This document shows positions 18,674-28,650 of a DNA stretch of 64,000 nt, piece by piece. The notes beneath the pieces are model-generated. The model worked only from the letters and a program-made list of their open reading frames with translations. It had not been told where the DNA came from and searched no databases. The translations under genes were made by a program, and so were the position numbers. Position 1 is the first letter of the stretch. Each line of letters opens with the position of its first letter. This stretch comes from an uncultured bacterium (GTDB lineage Bacteria; Acidobacteriota; HRBIN11; JAKEFK01): assembly GCA_963777505.1 (NCBI GenBank), contig CAVZQN010000004.1:1728001-1792000 (forward strand). Direction: 5' to 3'.

Positions 18674-19870
18674 ATGCCACCTGATATTGTCGTCCTGGGA
18701 GCCGGTCCTGCCGGAATTGCGATTTCAATTTTAATGGCACAAAAAGGCTATGCTGTTGAGATCCTGGATCCAGCAACATTCCCTAGAAAGAAAATATGTG
18801 GCGAATTTCTCAATCCGCAAGCAGTTCGATGGCTTCAGAAGCATGGGTTACATGAACCATTGTTGAATCTTCAACCGTTTCCAATTTATGGAATGAAGAT
18901 TTTTGACTCGAATGGTCATTCCTTTACAGGTCATTACAGATCATTTCGGGGAGTGAGTGGGTATGCTGTCATGCGTGAAGCGTTTGATACTTTGCTCGTT
19001 GGTCATGCTCGACAGGCGGGCATTCGCATCCATGAAGCTCACCGCGCACAGCACCTGATTTTCAATCATAACCACGTCAAAGGAATCCGCGGAATAGACG
19101 GCAATGGTGAGCCATTTGAGATTTATGGAAAGGTTGTGATTGGTGCAGATGGCCGGAACAATTTGATAGGGAGAACTTTTGGCTGGGTTCGAGGGATGCC
19201 AAATTTGCGCAAGTACGCCTTTCAAACTTATTTCGAAGGGATACCGGAGTTATCTACTTTTGGTGAAGTACATCTGGTACGCGGAGGTTATGTTGGTATT
19301 GCTCCATTGAATGAGAAACTTGCGAACGTCGCACTTGTGGTTGATGAAAAAGATTATCCCGGCGGTGATGCTGATCCATTAGTGTTTCTGCAAGAACGCA
19401 TTGAAGAGAGCCATCTTTCTGCCCGTTTTCGTAGCGCAAAACGTCCTTCGACGATCTTGAGCGCCGGCCCTCTGGCTTACGATACCGTACATACAAGCGG
19501 TTCGCATACGATGCTTGTCGGTGATACATGCGGATTTATCGATCCATTCACAGGCGAAGGGATTAATTATGCTTTCGTTAGCGCTGAATTAGCTTCCGAA
19601 GTGCTGGATCAGGCATTCAAAACCCAACAATTTGACGATGATTTTCTTCGCAAATATGATTCGAAAAGGCGTAAAATGTTTTCAAGCAAGCATGCGCTGA
19701 ACCGGCTTTTTCAACTTGCGATTCCTCATCCGAAAATTTCGAAAATGTTGATCAGCCGATTTTCCAGAGATATGGAACTCGCTGATGCAATGGTAAGCGC
19801 GGTCGGCAGCGCGGTTCCGGTAGAGGAAGTTTGGAATCTTAGATTCTTACTTCGAGTAATTTTTTCTTGA
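18674..19870 (+). CDS. FAD-dependent oxidoreductase (geranylgeranyl-reductase/monooxygenase-like)
   Basis: GAGPAG, FPRKKICGE, IGADG and GD...DPFTGEGI. Confidence 0.88.
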   Translation: MPPDIVVLGAGPAGIAISILMAQKGYAVEILDPATFPRKKICGEFLNPQAVRWLQKHGLHEPLLNLQPFPIYGMKIFDSNGHSFTGHYRSFRGVSGYAVMREAFDTLLVGHARQAGIRIHEAHRAQHLIFNHNHVKGIRGIDGNGEPFEIYGKVVIGADGRNNLIGRTFGWVRGMPNLRKYAFQTYFEGIPELSTFGEVHLVRGGYVGIAPLNEKLANVALVVDEKDYPGGDADPLVFLQERIEESHLSARFRSAKRPSTILSAGPLAYDTVHTSGSHTMLVGDTCGFIDPFTGEGINYAFVSAELASEVLDQAFKTQQFDDDFLRKYDSKRRKMFSSKHALNRLFQLAIPHPKISKMLISRFSRDMELADAMVSAVGSAVPVEEVWNLRFLLRVIFS

Positions 19871-19874
19871 TAGC

Positions 19875-19961
19875 GCAGGGGTGCCGGGGGGCAGGGGTGC
19901 AGGGGAGAAGTGGTTTCCAAAGTAATTTCTCCCCTGCTCCTCCGCTCCTCTGCTCCCCTGC
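19875..19961. repeat. Inverted pair of 8-mer tandem repeats with no cargo
   Basis: (GCAGGGGT)n-like left arm and (CTCCCCTG)n-like right arm separated by about 17 nt. Confidence 0.75.
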
Positions 19962-20004
19962 CGGTGCTATGAAATGCTATGGTGCTATTACACAGTGAGG
20001 TTGT

Positions 20005-21432
20005 ATGAAAGTACTACTAGTGGCCATGCCGGACAACGCAAGTTGTTTCGATCAAGTAATGAAAATGCCCAATCTTGGGCTTTGTTCTCTTGCTGGAAGT
20101 CTCCCATCAAATATTGAAGTTAAGATCATCGATCTGAATTTAAAAAATCGTCACATTAGCCGCACCATTACAAAGCTCGTCACCGAATTTGAGCCGGATC
20201 TTGTTGGATTGAGTGCGATGAGTTTTCAATATCGTACAGCATCACATCTCGCACGTCTTATCAAAGCGATCAGGCCTCAGTGCAAAATCGCTGTGGGTGG
20301 ATATCATGCGACTTTACTTCATCGCGAGATTGGAGAATCTGATGATGCTTCGTTTGTCGATTTTTTAATTCGTGCAGAAGGTGAACCTATTTTCCGCAGT
20401 CTGTTAGAACGGTTACAAAGCGGCGATGACGATTACAACGGGATACCTGGATTATCGTATCGCAAAAGTGATGGTTCTTATTCCCACGCCGATCCAGCGC
20501 CACTCCTGGAACTGGACAATTTGCCTTTGCCTCGCAGAGAAGTTCGGGTTCTGGATCATTTTCATTATTTAAAACGCAAATTCGATTGTGCAGAGACTAC
20601 GCGAGGGTGTACGTTTCCATGCACTTTTTGCAGCATTACAAGGATGTATGGAAAAAGTTTTCGTGAATTTCCGATCGAACGTGTGATTGAAGATCTGAAA
20701 ATACTAAAGCAACGCGGAACATATGGCGTGTTTTTTGTGGATGATAACATCACGCTTAATGTTGTCCGGATGAAAGCTTTATGCGAAGAAATTATTCGGA
20801 ATAATCTGAACACAATGGATTACATGACGCAGGCCACTGTAATCGGAATTGCTTCAGACCGCGAGCTTTCAAAATTAATGGCACGCGCAGGTTTTAAGTT
20901 TGCCTTTTTAGGAATTGAAAGCGGAAATAAACGGAACCTGGAACTCTTTAAGAAAAGTACAATTAATGCTCGCACTCGCGAAGCGGTTCAATATCTTCAA
21001 GAAAATGGCATTGTAGTTCTCGGCGGTTTCATCATTGGCAATCCGGCGGATGATGCTGAAGATGTTCGTGCAGTATTTAATTATTGCCTCGAGATCGGTG
21101 TTGATCATCCCATTGTTCAGACACTAACACCGTATCCAAAAACGCAAATGAGGCAAGATCTGATTGATATGGGACTCGTTACGAATGCTGATGATCTCAC
21201 ACGGTATAACGGTTTCATTGCGAACGTCCGGACCGAACATCTTTCCCAAAAACAATTGAGCCGTCTGATGCTGAAAGAAGGAGCAAAATTGTACTGGAAT
21301 CCAAAATTACTTCGAAATAGCCGGCTCTGGAGATATAACTGGCGCGCAGGTCTCGCTTTGATTTACAACAATTACCTCTTTCTGAAAAGCGGTATGAAGG
21401 GGGAACTGTTCCTTTCAACCCATACGTTCTGA
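20005..21432 (+). CDS. B12-binding radical SAM protein
   Basis: N-terminal cobalamin-binding domain (PNLGL, GGYHAT, EGE); CTFPCTFC; DDN; GIES. Confidence 0.92.
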   Translation: MKVLLVAMPDNASCFDQVMKMPNLGLCSLAGSLPSNIEVKIIDLNLKNRHISRTITKLVTEFEPDLVGLSAMSFQYRTASHLARLIKAIRPQCKIAVGGYHATLLHREIGESDDASFVDFLIRAEGEPIFRSLLERLQSGDDDYNGIPGLSYRKSDGSYSHADPAPLLELDNLPLPRREVRVLDHFHYLKRKFDCAETTRGCTFPCTFCSITRMYGKSFREFPIERVIEDLKILKQRGTYGVFFVDDNITLNVVRMKALCEEIIRNNLNTMDYMTQATVIGIASDRELSKLMARAGFKFAFLGIESGNKRNLELFKKSTINARTREAVQYLQENGIVVLGGFIIGNPADDAEDVRAVFNYCLEIGVDHPIVQTLTPYPKTQMRQDLIDMGLVTNADDLTRYNGFIANVRTEHLSQKQLSRLMLKEGAKLYWNPKLLRNSRLWRYNWRAGLALIYNNYLFLKSGMKGELFLSTHTF

Positions 21433-21459
21433 CTTCGCGTCTTTGGGGTAAAAGAATTC

Positions 21460-22002
21460 GTGTATCCGATTTTTGTAATTGTTATTTGTTGAAACACTCT
21501 TTGAGCTCGCAATTTCAAGACGAAATTCAAAAGCACTCTTCAAAAAGGCGCAATCGATATTGCACCTCACTTACTGCCATGGATGGCTCTTGTATATGCC
21601 GTGAAATTTTTTGGATCACTCACCGAATATTTTATTACCCAACCCGTATTATCGACCGCATGGCTCATTACTTTTGGCGGTTTAGTCGTTGCAGCAAAAG
21701 CACTAAAATTTTGGGCCATCTCTAGTTTGGGACCGTTTTGGAGCATGAAGGTTTTGGTTGTGCCGGGCAGTCAAATGGTCAACAAAGGGCCCTATCGGTG
21801 GATTAAGCACCCAAATTATGTTGCAGTGCTCACTGAAATCATCGCTTTACCATTGATGGGGAAAGCGCTGATTACGGGCGGGATTGTAATCTTCGTCTTT
21901 GGTATTCTTTTATATTTACGGATCAAGGCTGAGGAACATGCCTTAATTCAATATACTGATTACATTCAAACGATGGGTGACAAAAGGAGATTCATTCCAT
22001 GA
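21460..22002 (+). CDS. Isoprenylcysteine carboxyl methyltransferase (ICMT) family protein; 5' end frameshifted
   Basis: LGPFWS, GPYRWIKHPNY and RIKAEE; upstream frame encodes ELAISRRN typical of the family N-terminus; indels near 21485 and 21545. Confidence 0.82.
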
Positions 22003-22574
22003 AAAAACTGATCTGGATCTTTCTGGCTCTCCTGCTTCCTTGTTCAGGATTTTCAGAAACGCAGACATATGTTGTAGTGCCACGTTTATCTTCTGTGAAT
22101 TTTGATGTCAGCGCTCAAATGCATGAGGTTCATGGAACAGGCAACCGGTTTTCTGGAACGATTACGGGAGATCCTGCAGATATTACAACTGCAAAAATTG
22201 ATTTAAAGCTCGATCCTAAATCATTTGATACACAAAATGAAAAAAGGGATAAAGATCTTCGCGATAAATGTATGGAAGTATCTCGCTATCCATTTATTGA
22301 ATTCACTTCCCAATCAATCCAGGCAGACCAAAAAGAACTAAAGCCAGGACAGATGCAGAAAGCTACGATTCAAGGCACTTTAAAAATGCATGGATTGGAA
22401 AAACAGGTAAGTGTCCCTGTGAATCTACAACTCTCAGAAGATACTCTTACTGCCGATGGGGAAATGGCTGTTGTTTTGGATGAATGGAAAATTCTGCGGC
22501 CCAAAGTTTTGTTCGTGCAATTACAAAACGATGTAAAAATCAAATTCAAAGTCGGCGCGAAACTTCAACAATGA
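21999..22574 (+). CDS. YceI family exported lipid/polyisoprenoid-binding protein
   Basis: Signal peptide; T.NEKRDKDLR; YPFIEF; GTLKMHG. Confidence 0.88.
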   Translation: MKKLIWIFLALLLPCSGFSETQTYVVVPRLSSVNFDVSAQMHEVHGTGNRFSGTITGDPADITTAKIDLKLDPKSFDTQNEKRDKDLRDKCMEVSRYPFIEFTSQSIQADQKELKPGQMQKATIQGTLKMHGLEKQVSVPVNLQLSEDTLTADGEMAVVLDEWKILRPKVLFVQLQNDVKIKFKVGAKLQQ

Positions 22575-23879
22575 TTATTTTGAGACCTTAGCGCCTTGGC
22601 GGTTTAACATACCTCGGATCCAGCCGGTCAATAACAAAGAATACAACGGTGCATAAACAAGAAGTCTAAGCCAATCTTCATGGCTCCATTTGCCGACAGG
22701 GTAAACATAAATGATGAGATATACGATTGCGATCCAGCCGCTAAAGAAGAGCCACGCAAAATTTGGATGAAACAGCAGAAAAGGGATGATCCAGCAAACG
22801 TACCACGGATGCACAACAGGTGAGAACGCGATAATTGTTCCGAAAATAATCAGCAAAGATCGATAGACTGAATATTTGCGGAACCAGCAAACAGCAAAAC
22901 TGAACAAGACGGCACAACCGCCTGCCAGTCGCGCCGGTTCAGCTCCGCCAAGCCAGTGATACAAAAGGCTGAATAAAGAATCGTTAAACCACCACTTTCG
23001 ATAAAAAGTAAAAAGTCCTGCAAACATTTTGTTCGATGTGTAGTATTGCCAGATCAAGAGTGCAGATACGACGAACAATGCCGTAACAAACTTCCAACTA
23101 CCGCGACGAATCAGCCAGGGAAGGGAAATCAAAGGTAAATATTTTGTGAGCGTTGCGAATGCGAGAGCTGCGCCCGAAATCGCGGGGAACCCACGATAAA
23201 CTGTGTATAGCGTAACAAACATCAGCGCAATCGAAACGATATCGATATGTCCGGCTGCTCCAAATTCAACAATCGGAAGCGGATGCCATGCATAAAGAAG
23301 AAGAAATGCAGGTGGACGTTTTTCAAAGTCCAGTAATTTCTTTAAGAAAATGATCAGAATGAAATCAAAGATCGCGATTCCGAATTTAAAAACGCGTTCG
23401 TTGTCAGAAATATAAGTGAGAAAGCGAAAAAGGTTTTGTGCTGCAGGAGGGTAAGCGGTCCAGAAATCTTTATGATTGATCTTTTCGTAGTTGTTGTCTC
23501 TTAGAAATTCGAGTTCTTTCGCTCGCGGTGTTTGATCATAAGGACCAAATCCCGCATTTTGGACTTTCCCATCCCATATATAACGGTAAATATCTGTTGA
23601 CAGTGATGGTTCACTCCAGAAGATTGTTAATCGGAAAATAAAAGCAGCCGCAATAATGAGTGTTGATGATGGAATCTCATTGAGTTTCCCATGCAGCAAT
23701 TGAATGGCAATATACAAATAAATTGCAAACGCACTGAAGAAAAGGAAGAGGAACTCAGGGATGCGGTCACGCCAATTGCCCAGTAAAAGTAAAGTAACAA
23801 AAACAACTTCAAGGATTACGGCCGAAGCGACTAGTAGAATTCTAGTCCGAGTTCCGGCAGAGCCGGAGGTCGCTTCCAT
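22575..23879 (-). CDS. GT-C fold (GT87-like) membrane glycosyltransferase
   Basis: STDIYRYIWDG, YPP, YAWHPL..E..GH and HPWY motifs; many TM helices. Confidence 0.8.
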   Translation of the reverse strand: MEATSGSAGTRTRILLVASAVILEVVFVTLLLLGNWRDRIPEFLFLFFSAFAIYLYIAIQLLHGKLNEIPSSTLIIAAAFIFRLTIFWSEPSLSTDIYRYIWDGKVQNAGFGPYDQTPRAKELEFLRDNNYEKINHKDFWTAYPPAAQNLFRFLTYISDNERVFKFGIAIFDFILIIFLKKLLDFEKRPPAFLLLYAWHPLPIVEFGAAGHIDIVSIALMFVTLYTVYRGFPAISGAALAFATLTKYLPLISLPWLIRRGSWKFVTALFVVSALLIWQYYTSNKMFAGLFTFYRKWWFNDSLFSLLYHWLGGAEPARLAGGCAVLFSFAVCWFRKYSVYRSLLIIFGTIIAFSPVVHPWYVCWIIPFLLFHPNFAWLFFSGWIAIVYLIIYVYPVGKWSHEDWLRLLVYAPLYSLLLTGWIRGMLNRQGAKVSK

Positions 23880-23885
23880 GCAAAG

Positions 23886-24242
23886 TTACCGGACCTGAAT
23901 TGTACCTGACTGGCTTGAGCCATGAATCCGGCAGAAATACGGGTAATTGCCTGTTTCATTAAAGATGAAAGTAAATCCGCCGCCGCCATTTAATGTACCA
24001 CTGTCAAAGCGGGCGCCTGGTGATGAAGTCGGCGATCCACTTGTAACAGAATGAGGATTTTGGCCATCATTGCGCCAGACTACTGTTCGTCCTATCGCTA
24101 CAGTGAGCGTTGTCGGGTCAAATGAATTATCGCGGATTTGAACCAAATTGGGATCAGAATCATCATCATCCAGGAAATCACAGGAGGAAGCAGTAATTGC
24201 TACAAGTATAGTAAGCACAATATAATACGTTCTGTAAAGCAT
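23886..24242 (-). CDS. Cupredoxin (plastocyanin/azurin-like) lipoprotein
   Basis: Lipobox-like TASSC; F.P..LTV..G..V.W.N; HSV; YFCRIH. Confidence 0.85.
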   Translation of the reverse strand: MLYRTYYIVLTILVAITASSCDFLDDDDSDPNLVQIRDNSFDPTTLTVAIGRTVVWRNDGQNPHSVTSGSPTSSPGARFDSGTLNGGGGFTFIFNETGNYPYFCRIHGSSQSGTIQVR

Positions 24243-24299
24243 TCAGTCCACCTCAAGAAATCACGTTAACTTCGATTCCGAAATGAATTGTAGCAAAGA

Positions 24300-26018
24300 T
24301 TATTTCAGGAGACGAGGTCTGGCATACCATTCCGCAATAATTTTTTCTGCAGGCCGTCCATGTGGTGAATGATCATCGGCTTTCTGTCCTCGATCATCCG
24401 GATTGCTAAACCACTTCCACCAGTACATTCCTGCAAACCACGGCTCATTCCAATATGTTTCCAACGCTGCGCGATAACAATGGGTCTGCGCCATTTCATC
24501 ATATTTTGAAAATTGAATCTCTTGCGATCCCATACCCGCTCCTTCATTAGCCATATAACCAATCTCGGTAAACAAAATTGGTTTCCGCCAGCGAGAAGCA
24601 ATCGATTTAAGCTTTTCTTTTTGTAATGCAAAGCCCTCTTGAATTACCCTCACATCATCTTTAACTGACTTGCGTACGGGATAATAATTATCGAGCCCGA
24701 TGTAATCGACAGCATCCCAGAATGTAATTTCTTCAAATTCTTTTCCCCAGTTTGCAGCATAAACAATCGGCCCTGAATAAACCTGGCGGATTTTGGAAAT
24801 AATCTTTCTCCACCGTTGTGGATGTTGAACAGTTGTTTGAACCATTTCCGTGCCGATACAAAAAAGATCCGCATGCATCAATTCTGCAACGATTGCATAG
24901 TGAATGATCCAATATTCATAGCTTTCAAACCATTGCTTCCAATCCGCCTCATCATTCATCTTAATTTTACCGGGCCATGCTTCATGAGAAATCCAAATTT
25001 GAGGCTTTAACATAACTTTGATTCCAAGCTCTTGTGCGTCTAAAGCAAGTTGAAACATGCTTTCATCGTTTTCTGTATGAATACTATGTCCTGCCATCCG
25101 AACATCAGTCTCATCGTGATCTCGCATAAAGCCATATGGAATCGCTGCGATCCATTCGACGCCTAAATTTTTCAAAAGCCGTAAAGATTGTTTTGATTTG
25201 CCCGCTGCATAACCAGAATCGACACTATTCCAATAGGCATATGTCATGCCTTTTTGAAAAACAGGCTCAAATGGTTTCCGGTAAGTTCCGGCTTGAACGA
25301 CTTTTGGGTCACGATTTTTATATTGATACTCTGCCGGAAGGGTTCCTGTTTGATACAAATTTGTGAGGGCATCAATTCCGTCTGTGTTCAAAATTTCTTT
25401 TGCGACGATTGCAGAGTAAGGAATCGAGATAAATTCGCTCAGCTGTGATTCGTTCAATGTTGTTGGAATGAGATTCCGTTTTAACAAAAATCGTTCCCAC
25501 TCTTCCAATGTTTTATGATTCCAACGGTCAGCTAGCGCGGCTGTGATTGCGCGACTCCATCGTTCGTCCGAACCTCTACCATACTTCTCATGTAGTAGAA
25601 CCGAAAATTCCATTCGTTCCGCAAGCCCGTTGAATTGTCTGTTCCAAATGCAGTAGATTGTTTTCTTTTCAGGATCTGCATTCGCCAGGCGAATCTCTCT
25701 AACATGTGCACCTTTTTCTTCAAAGGTGTTATAGATATAAGCTTTCAACGGTGATCGAAGTTGCAAGCCTAACAGTTGTTCCGCTTGTTTGAGATTGTTC
25801 TCAAGCTCATCTGATAATTGTTGGATATTGTGAGCGACCGGCGTGTTCTGAATATATGCAATATCAACGCGTTCTGTTTTATGATGAACGAATGTACTTT
25901 CTGGTGTAGTCTTCCAGTTGCGATGGGCATATAAAATGTATCCCTTATTCCACCATAAGGTGATGCCAAGTAGAGATAGAATGATGAGAACAGACCATTT
26001 CTTCATCTGAAATTTCAT
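24300..26018 (-). CDS. Exported glycoside hydrolase family 113-like TIM-barrel protein with N-terminal extension
   Basis: VMLKPQI, IGTEM, YAANW, IGLDNYYP, FTEIGY and G.YWWKW. Confidence 0.78.
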   Translation of the reverse strand: MKFQMKKWSVLIILSLLGITLWWNKGYILYAHRNWKTTPESTFVHHKTERVDIAYIQNTPVAHNIQQLSDELENNLKQAEQLLGLQLRSPLKAYIYNTFEEKGAHVREIRLANADPEKKTIYCIWNRQFNGLAERMEFSVLLHEKYGRGSDERWSRAITAALADRWNHKTLEEWERFLLKRNLIPTTLNESQLSEFISIPYSAIVAKEILNTDGIDALTNLYQTGTLPAEYQYKNRDPKVVQAGTYRKPFEPVFQKGMTYAYWNSVDSGYAAGKSKQSLRLLKNLGVEWIAAIPYGFMRDHDETDVRMAGHSIHTENDESMFQLALDAQELGIKVMLKPQIWISHEAWPGKIKMNDEADWKQWFESYEYWIIHYAIVAELMHADLFCIGTEMVQTTVQHPQRWRKIISKIRQVYSGPIVYAANWGKEFEEITFWDAVDYIGLDNYYPVRKSVKDDVRVIQEGFALQKEKLKSIASRWRKPILFTEIGYMANEGAGMGSQEIQFSKYDEMAQTHCYRAALETYWNEPWFAGMYWWKWFSNPDDRGQKADDHSPHGRPAEKIIAEWYARPRLLK

Positions 26019-26029
26019 GCTACCACGTT

Positions 26030-26075
26030 GTTTGTAGTTAGGCACGCAGCCGAGCGAATGCGAGGCAGTGCCGTT
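26030..26075. repeat. 46-bp GTAG-type palindromic repeat, copy 1
   Basis: Matches 42747-42792 except for one base; GGCAC...GTGCC hairpin. Confidence 0.85.
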
Positions 26076-26086
26076 GGAGAAAGGAA

Positions 26087-26135
26087 GAGGATAGAGGATA
26101 GAAGATAGAGGATAGAGGATGGAGAATAGAAGATT
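26087..26135 (+). repeat. Heptamer tandem repeat (GAGGATA) x7
   Basis: Seven degenerate 7-mers read directly. Confidence 0.85.
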
Positions 26136-26943
26136 GAGAAAAATACTTCCGTTGCTTTTGATTCTGATCGGCAGTCCGATTCATGCAATCGCATTCGATC
26201 ATGAGTATTCAAACTTCGATGCTGTTCTTAAGAAATATGTTCAGAATGGTCTTGTCAACTACTCCGAGTTGAAAAAGGACCGAACGGCGATCGATGCTTT
26301 TGTAAACGAACTGAAAGCAGTGAGTCAGCAAGAGTATGAGACCTGGAACAACGATCAGGAACTTGCGTTTTGGATCAATGCCTATAACGGCTGGTTTCTT
26401 CAAATTGTGATTGATCATTATCCGATTAAGAAGCAGCTTTTGAAGGGGATGGTTTATCCAGATAACAGCGTTCAACAAATCCGTGGAATTTGGACAGACA
26501 TAAAATCGAAATTTGCTGGAAGGGAAGTATCGCTCGATATAATCGAACACAGAATTATTCGTCCCGAATTTCGTGAACCCAGAATTCACTTTGCAATTGT
26601 TTGTGCTTCGATTGGCTGTCCACCTTTAAGAAATGAAGCGTTTCGCGCAAGCCAGCTTCAAAAGCAGCTTGATCAGGCGGCACGGGATTTTGTGAACAAT
26701 CCAGAAAAAGTGAAAGTTACACCGGCTGATAAAACCATCCGCATGTCACAAATCTTCGATTGGTTTTCTGATGATTTCTCAAAGTTTAAATCTGAAGAAT
26801 TAAGAAAAAAATATTCAGGCAAAGAATCGGGAGCGATCGGTTTTATTTTGCAATATGTCAGCCCGTCCGATGCAAATGTAATTACTGCCGGTGCAGAAGT
26901 GGAATACTTTGAGTATGACTGGGCCTTGAATGAGCAAAAGTAA
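26119..26943 (+). CDS. DUF547 domain exported protein
   Basis: AFWINAYN, L..IEH..IR, RIHFAIVCASIGCP and YDWALN; start uncertain. Confidence 0.9.
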   Translation: MENRRLRKILPLLLILIGSPIHAIAFDHEYSNFDAVLKKYVQNGLVNYSELKKDRTAIDAFVNELKAVSQQEYETWNNDQELAFWINAYNGWFLQIVIDHYPIKKQLLKGMVYPDNSVQQIRGIWTDIKSKFAGREVSLDIIEHRIIRPEFREPRIHFAIVCASIGCPPLRNEAFRASQLQKQLDQAARDFVNNPEKVKVTPADKTIRMSQIFDWFSDDFSKFKSEELRKKYSGKESGAIGFILQYVSPSDANVITAGAEVEYFEYDWALNEQK

Positions 26944-26947
26944 TTAT

Positions 26948-27021
26948 GTAGGGGCGGCCCATGTGGCCGCCCTGGCAAGATTGCTCACGACCATACGGGC
27001 GACCACAAGGGTCGCCCCTAC
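26948..27021. repeat. GTAG-type REP doublet (REPIN-like) between convergent genes
   Basis: GTAGGGGCGGCC..GGCCGCCC and inverted GGGCGACC..GGTCGCCCCTAC. Confidence 0.8.
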
Positions 27022-27026
27022 TCCGG

Positions 27027-27935
27027 TCAGGTCATGGATTTTTTTCTTTCGGAATCCTTTTCCCGAAGTAACTGCATCCATTCAATCGTTTCGCGGCGGG
27101 CAGGTTTTCGTTGATGCCTGACACGTGGCCATCCAAAGATGGCAGAGAAAACTCCATGGACCCACGCGGTCAGTGGTTTACGCTGGCGCAGGTTTTGAAT
27201 AAAACTGCGCTGAAGAAAATGAAAAGACTCGCCGATTGTCATACTACGCGGATAGTAAATCCAGACATACCACAAATAATTTCTGGTTGAATGCATCGTC
27301 TGGTTGTAGATGCTTCGTGACGTTGGTGATTCTCTATGGCTAACTGCAATGTCAGGAAAGTATCGAATTTCGTAATCTGAATCCCAGATCCGGGTCGCGA
27401 GATCTACTTCGCTGTGGTACACAAAAAATTCCGGCAAATAAACACCGGTTTGTTTAAGGATATCCGTTCGAAATGCTACCCCGCCGCCATCAAATGTACT
27501 GCAAGGATATCCTTCAAGATCGTTCCCTTTTTCCACCCAGTACTTCGGATTGTTTGGAGACAACGTTCCGTCTGGCTTGCGAACCTGCAACGCAACGGCG
27601 CCAAGTTTAGCGTTTGCATGAAGTGCGCTCACGATTCGTTCGAGCGTATTTTTTTGCAGTAAATCCATATCATTATCAATCAGAACAAGAACGCTTCCAG
27701 CCGCTGAAGATATTCCTTCGTTATAACCTTGCACGCCTATGTTTTCCTTTAGAGCGACTATCTTAATTTCAGGAAACGTTTTACTGATCATTTCGATCGA
27801 ACCATCAGTGGAACCATTGTCTACCATCAAGATTTCTTTGTATTCGTAAGTTTGTTCTTGAATAAGCGAAAGAGTTTTAGCTACATCTTCTTTGCGGTTC
27901 CAATTCAAAGTGATGACAGAAACGAGCGGATTCAT
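27027..27935 (-). CDS. Glycosyltransferase family 2
   Basis: VSVITLNWN, VDNGSTDGS, DND and EVDL..R. Confidence 0.92.
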   Translation of the reverse strand: MNPLVSVITLNWNRKEDVAKTLSLIQEQTYEYKEILMVDNGSTDGSIEMISKTFPEIKIVALKENIGVQGYNEGISSAAGSVLVLIDNDMDLLQKNTLERIVSALHANAKLGAVALQVRKPDGTLSPNNPKYWVEKGNDLEGYPCSTFDGGGVAFRTDILKQTGVYLPEFFVYHSEVDLATRIWDSDYEIRYFPDIAVSHRESPTSRSIYNQTMHSTRNYLWYVWIYYPRSMTIGESFHFLQRSFIQNLRQRKPLTAWVHGVFSAIFGWPRVRHQRKPARRETIEWMQLLREKDSERKKSMT

Positions 27936-28462
27936 TCGTGGATTGAAGCGAATACTTGATGTACCAGTGACTCAGGTTCAGTGGAGTAGAGAACTACAGC
28001 GCGGTTTCCTGGTTTTGCGAGTGAAGGGAGCCATTCTTTAAAATGATTGCAAAATCCTCCGCTTCCTTCCAGAATTCCGATAATTTTTTCTTCATCGTAG
28101 GCCAAAGTTAATTCGTTCAATGTGCCCATGCTTCCTCCGATGAAAATGGCAGCATCACTTGCACGTACATTCAGAAGATTTCTTCCGTGTGAGCCTAAGC
28201 CCGTATAAACAATCCAGCTGTGACCCGTAACAGGCAGTCCGCGCTGAACGTGATCTTGTTTGTTGAAAGCAGGTGAGAAGCCGATCACTTCGCCGCCAGC
28301 CGCTGTGGCGCCGCGAGCAGCAGCGAACGAATATCCGGTTGTGGCTCCAGTGATCAATGTTGCACCCTGTTCTGCGATGAGCTTTCCGGTTTTGATGGCA
28401 TTCTCTTCCATCCTTGGATCCCAAATGACTGAGGAACCAAGAACTCCAACGGTTCTTTTCAT
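27932..28462 (-). CDS. LOG/SLOG-superfamily nucleotide-binding protein
   Basis: LITGATTG, RNLLNV..SD and GGSMGTLNE. Confidence 0.82.
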   Translation of the reverse strand: MKRTVGVLGSSVIWDPRMEENAIKTGKLIAEQGATLITGATTGYSFAAARGATAAGGEVIGFSPAFNKQDHVQRGLPVTGHSWIVYTGLGSHGRNLLNVRASDAAIFIGGSMGTLNELTLAYDEEKIIGILEGSGGFCNHFKEWLPSLAKPGNRAVVLYSTEPESLVHQVFASIHE

Positions 28463-28479
28463 AACTTCATCATACCATT

Positions 28480-28590
28480 CGGAGCGCGGACATCCTTGTC
28501 CGCATTAAGGGTCGCAGGCATCTTGCCTGCATGAAAATTGCGGACTGGAAGTCCGCGACCCGTAATGCAGGCTGGAAGCCTGCGCTCCGT
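28480..28590. repeat. Back-to-back REP-like cluster (family A): two minus units and two plus units
   Basis: 28480-28531 in minus orientation, 7-nt spacer, 28539-28590 in plus orientation. Confidence 0.85.
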
Positions 28591-28650
28591 TGTGTCTCTG
28601 CGGTAAAAAATGTCTCTGGTTTATAATGAGTCATAGGTATCGGAGGACTC

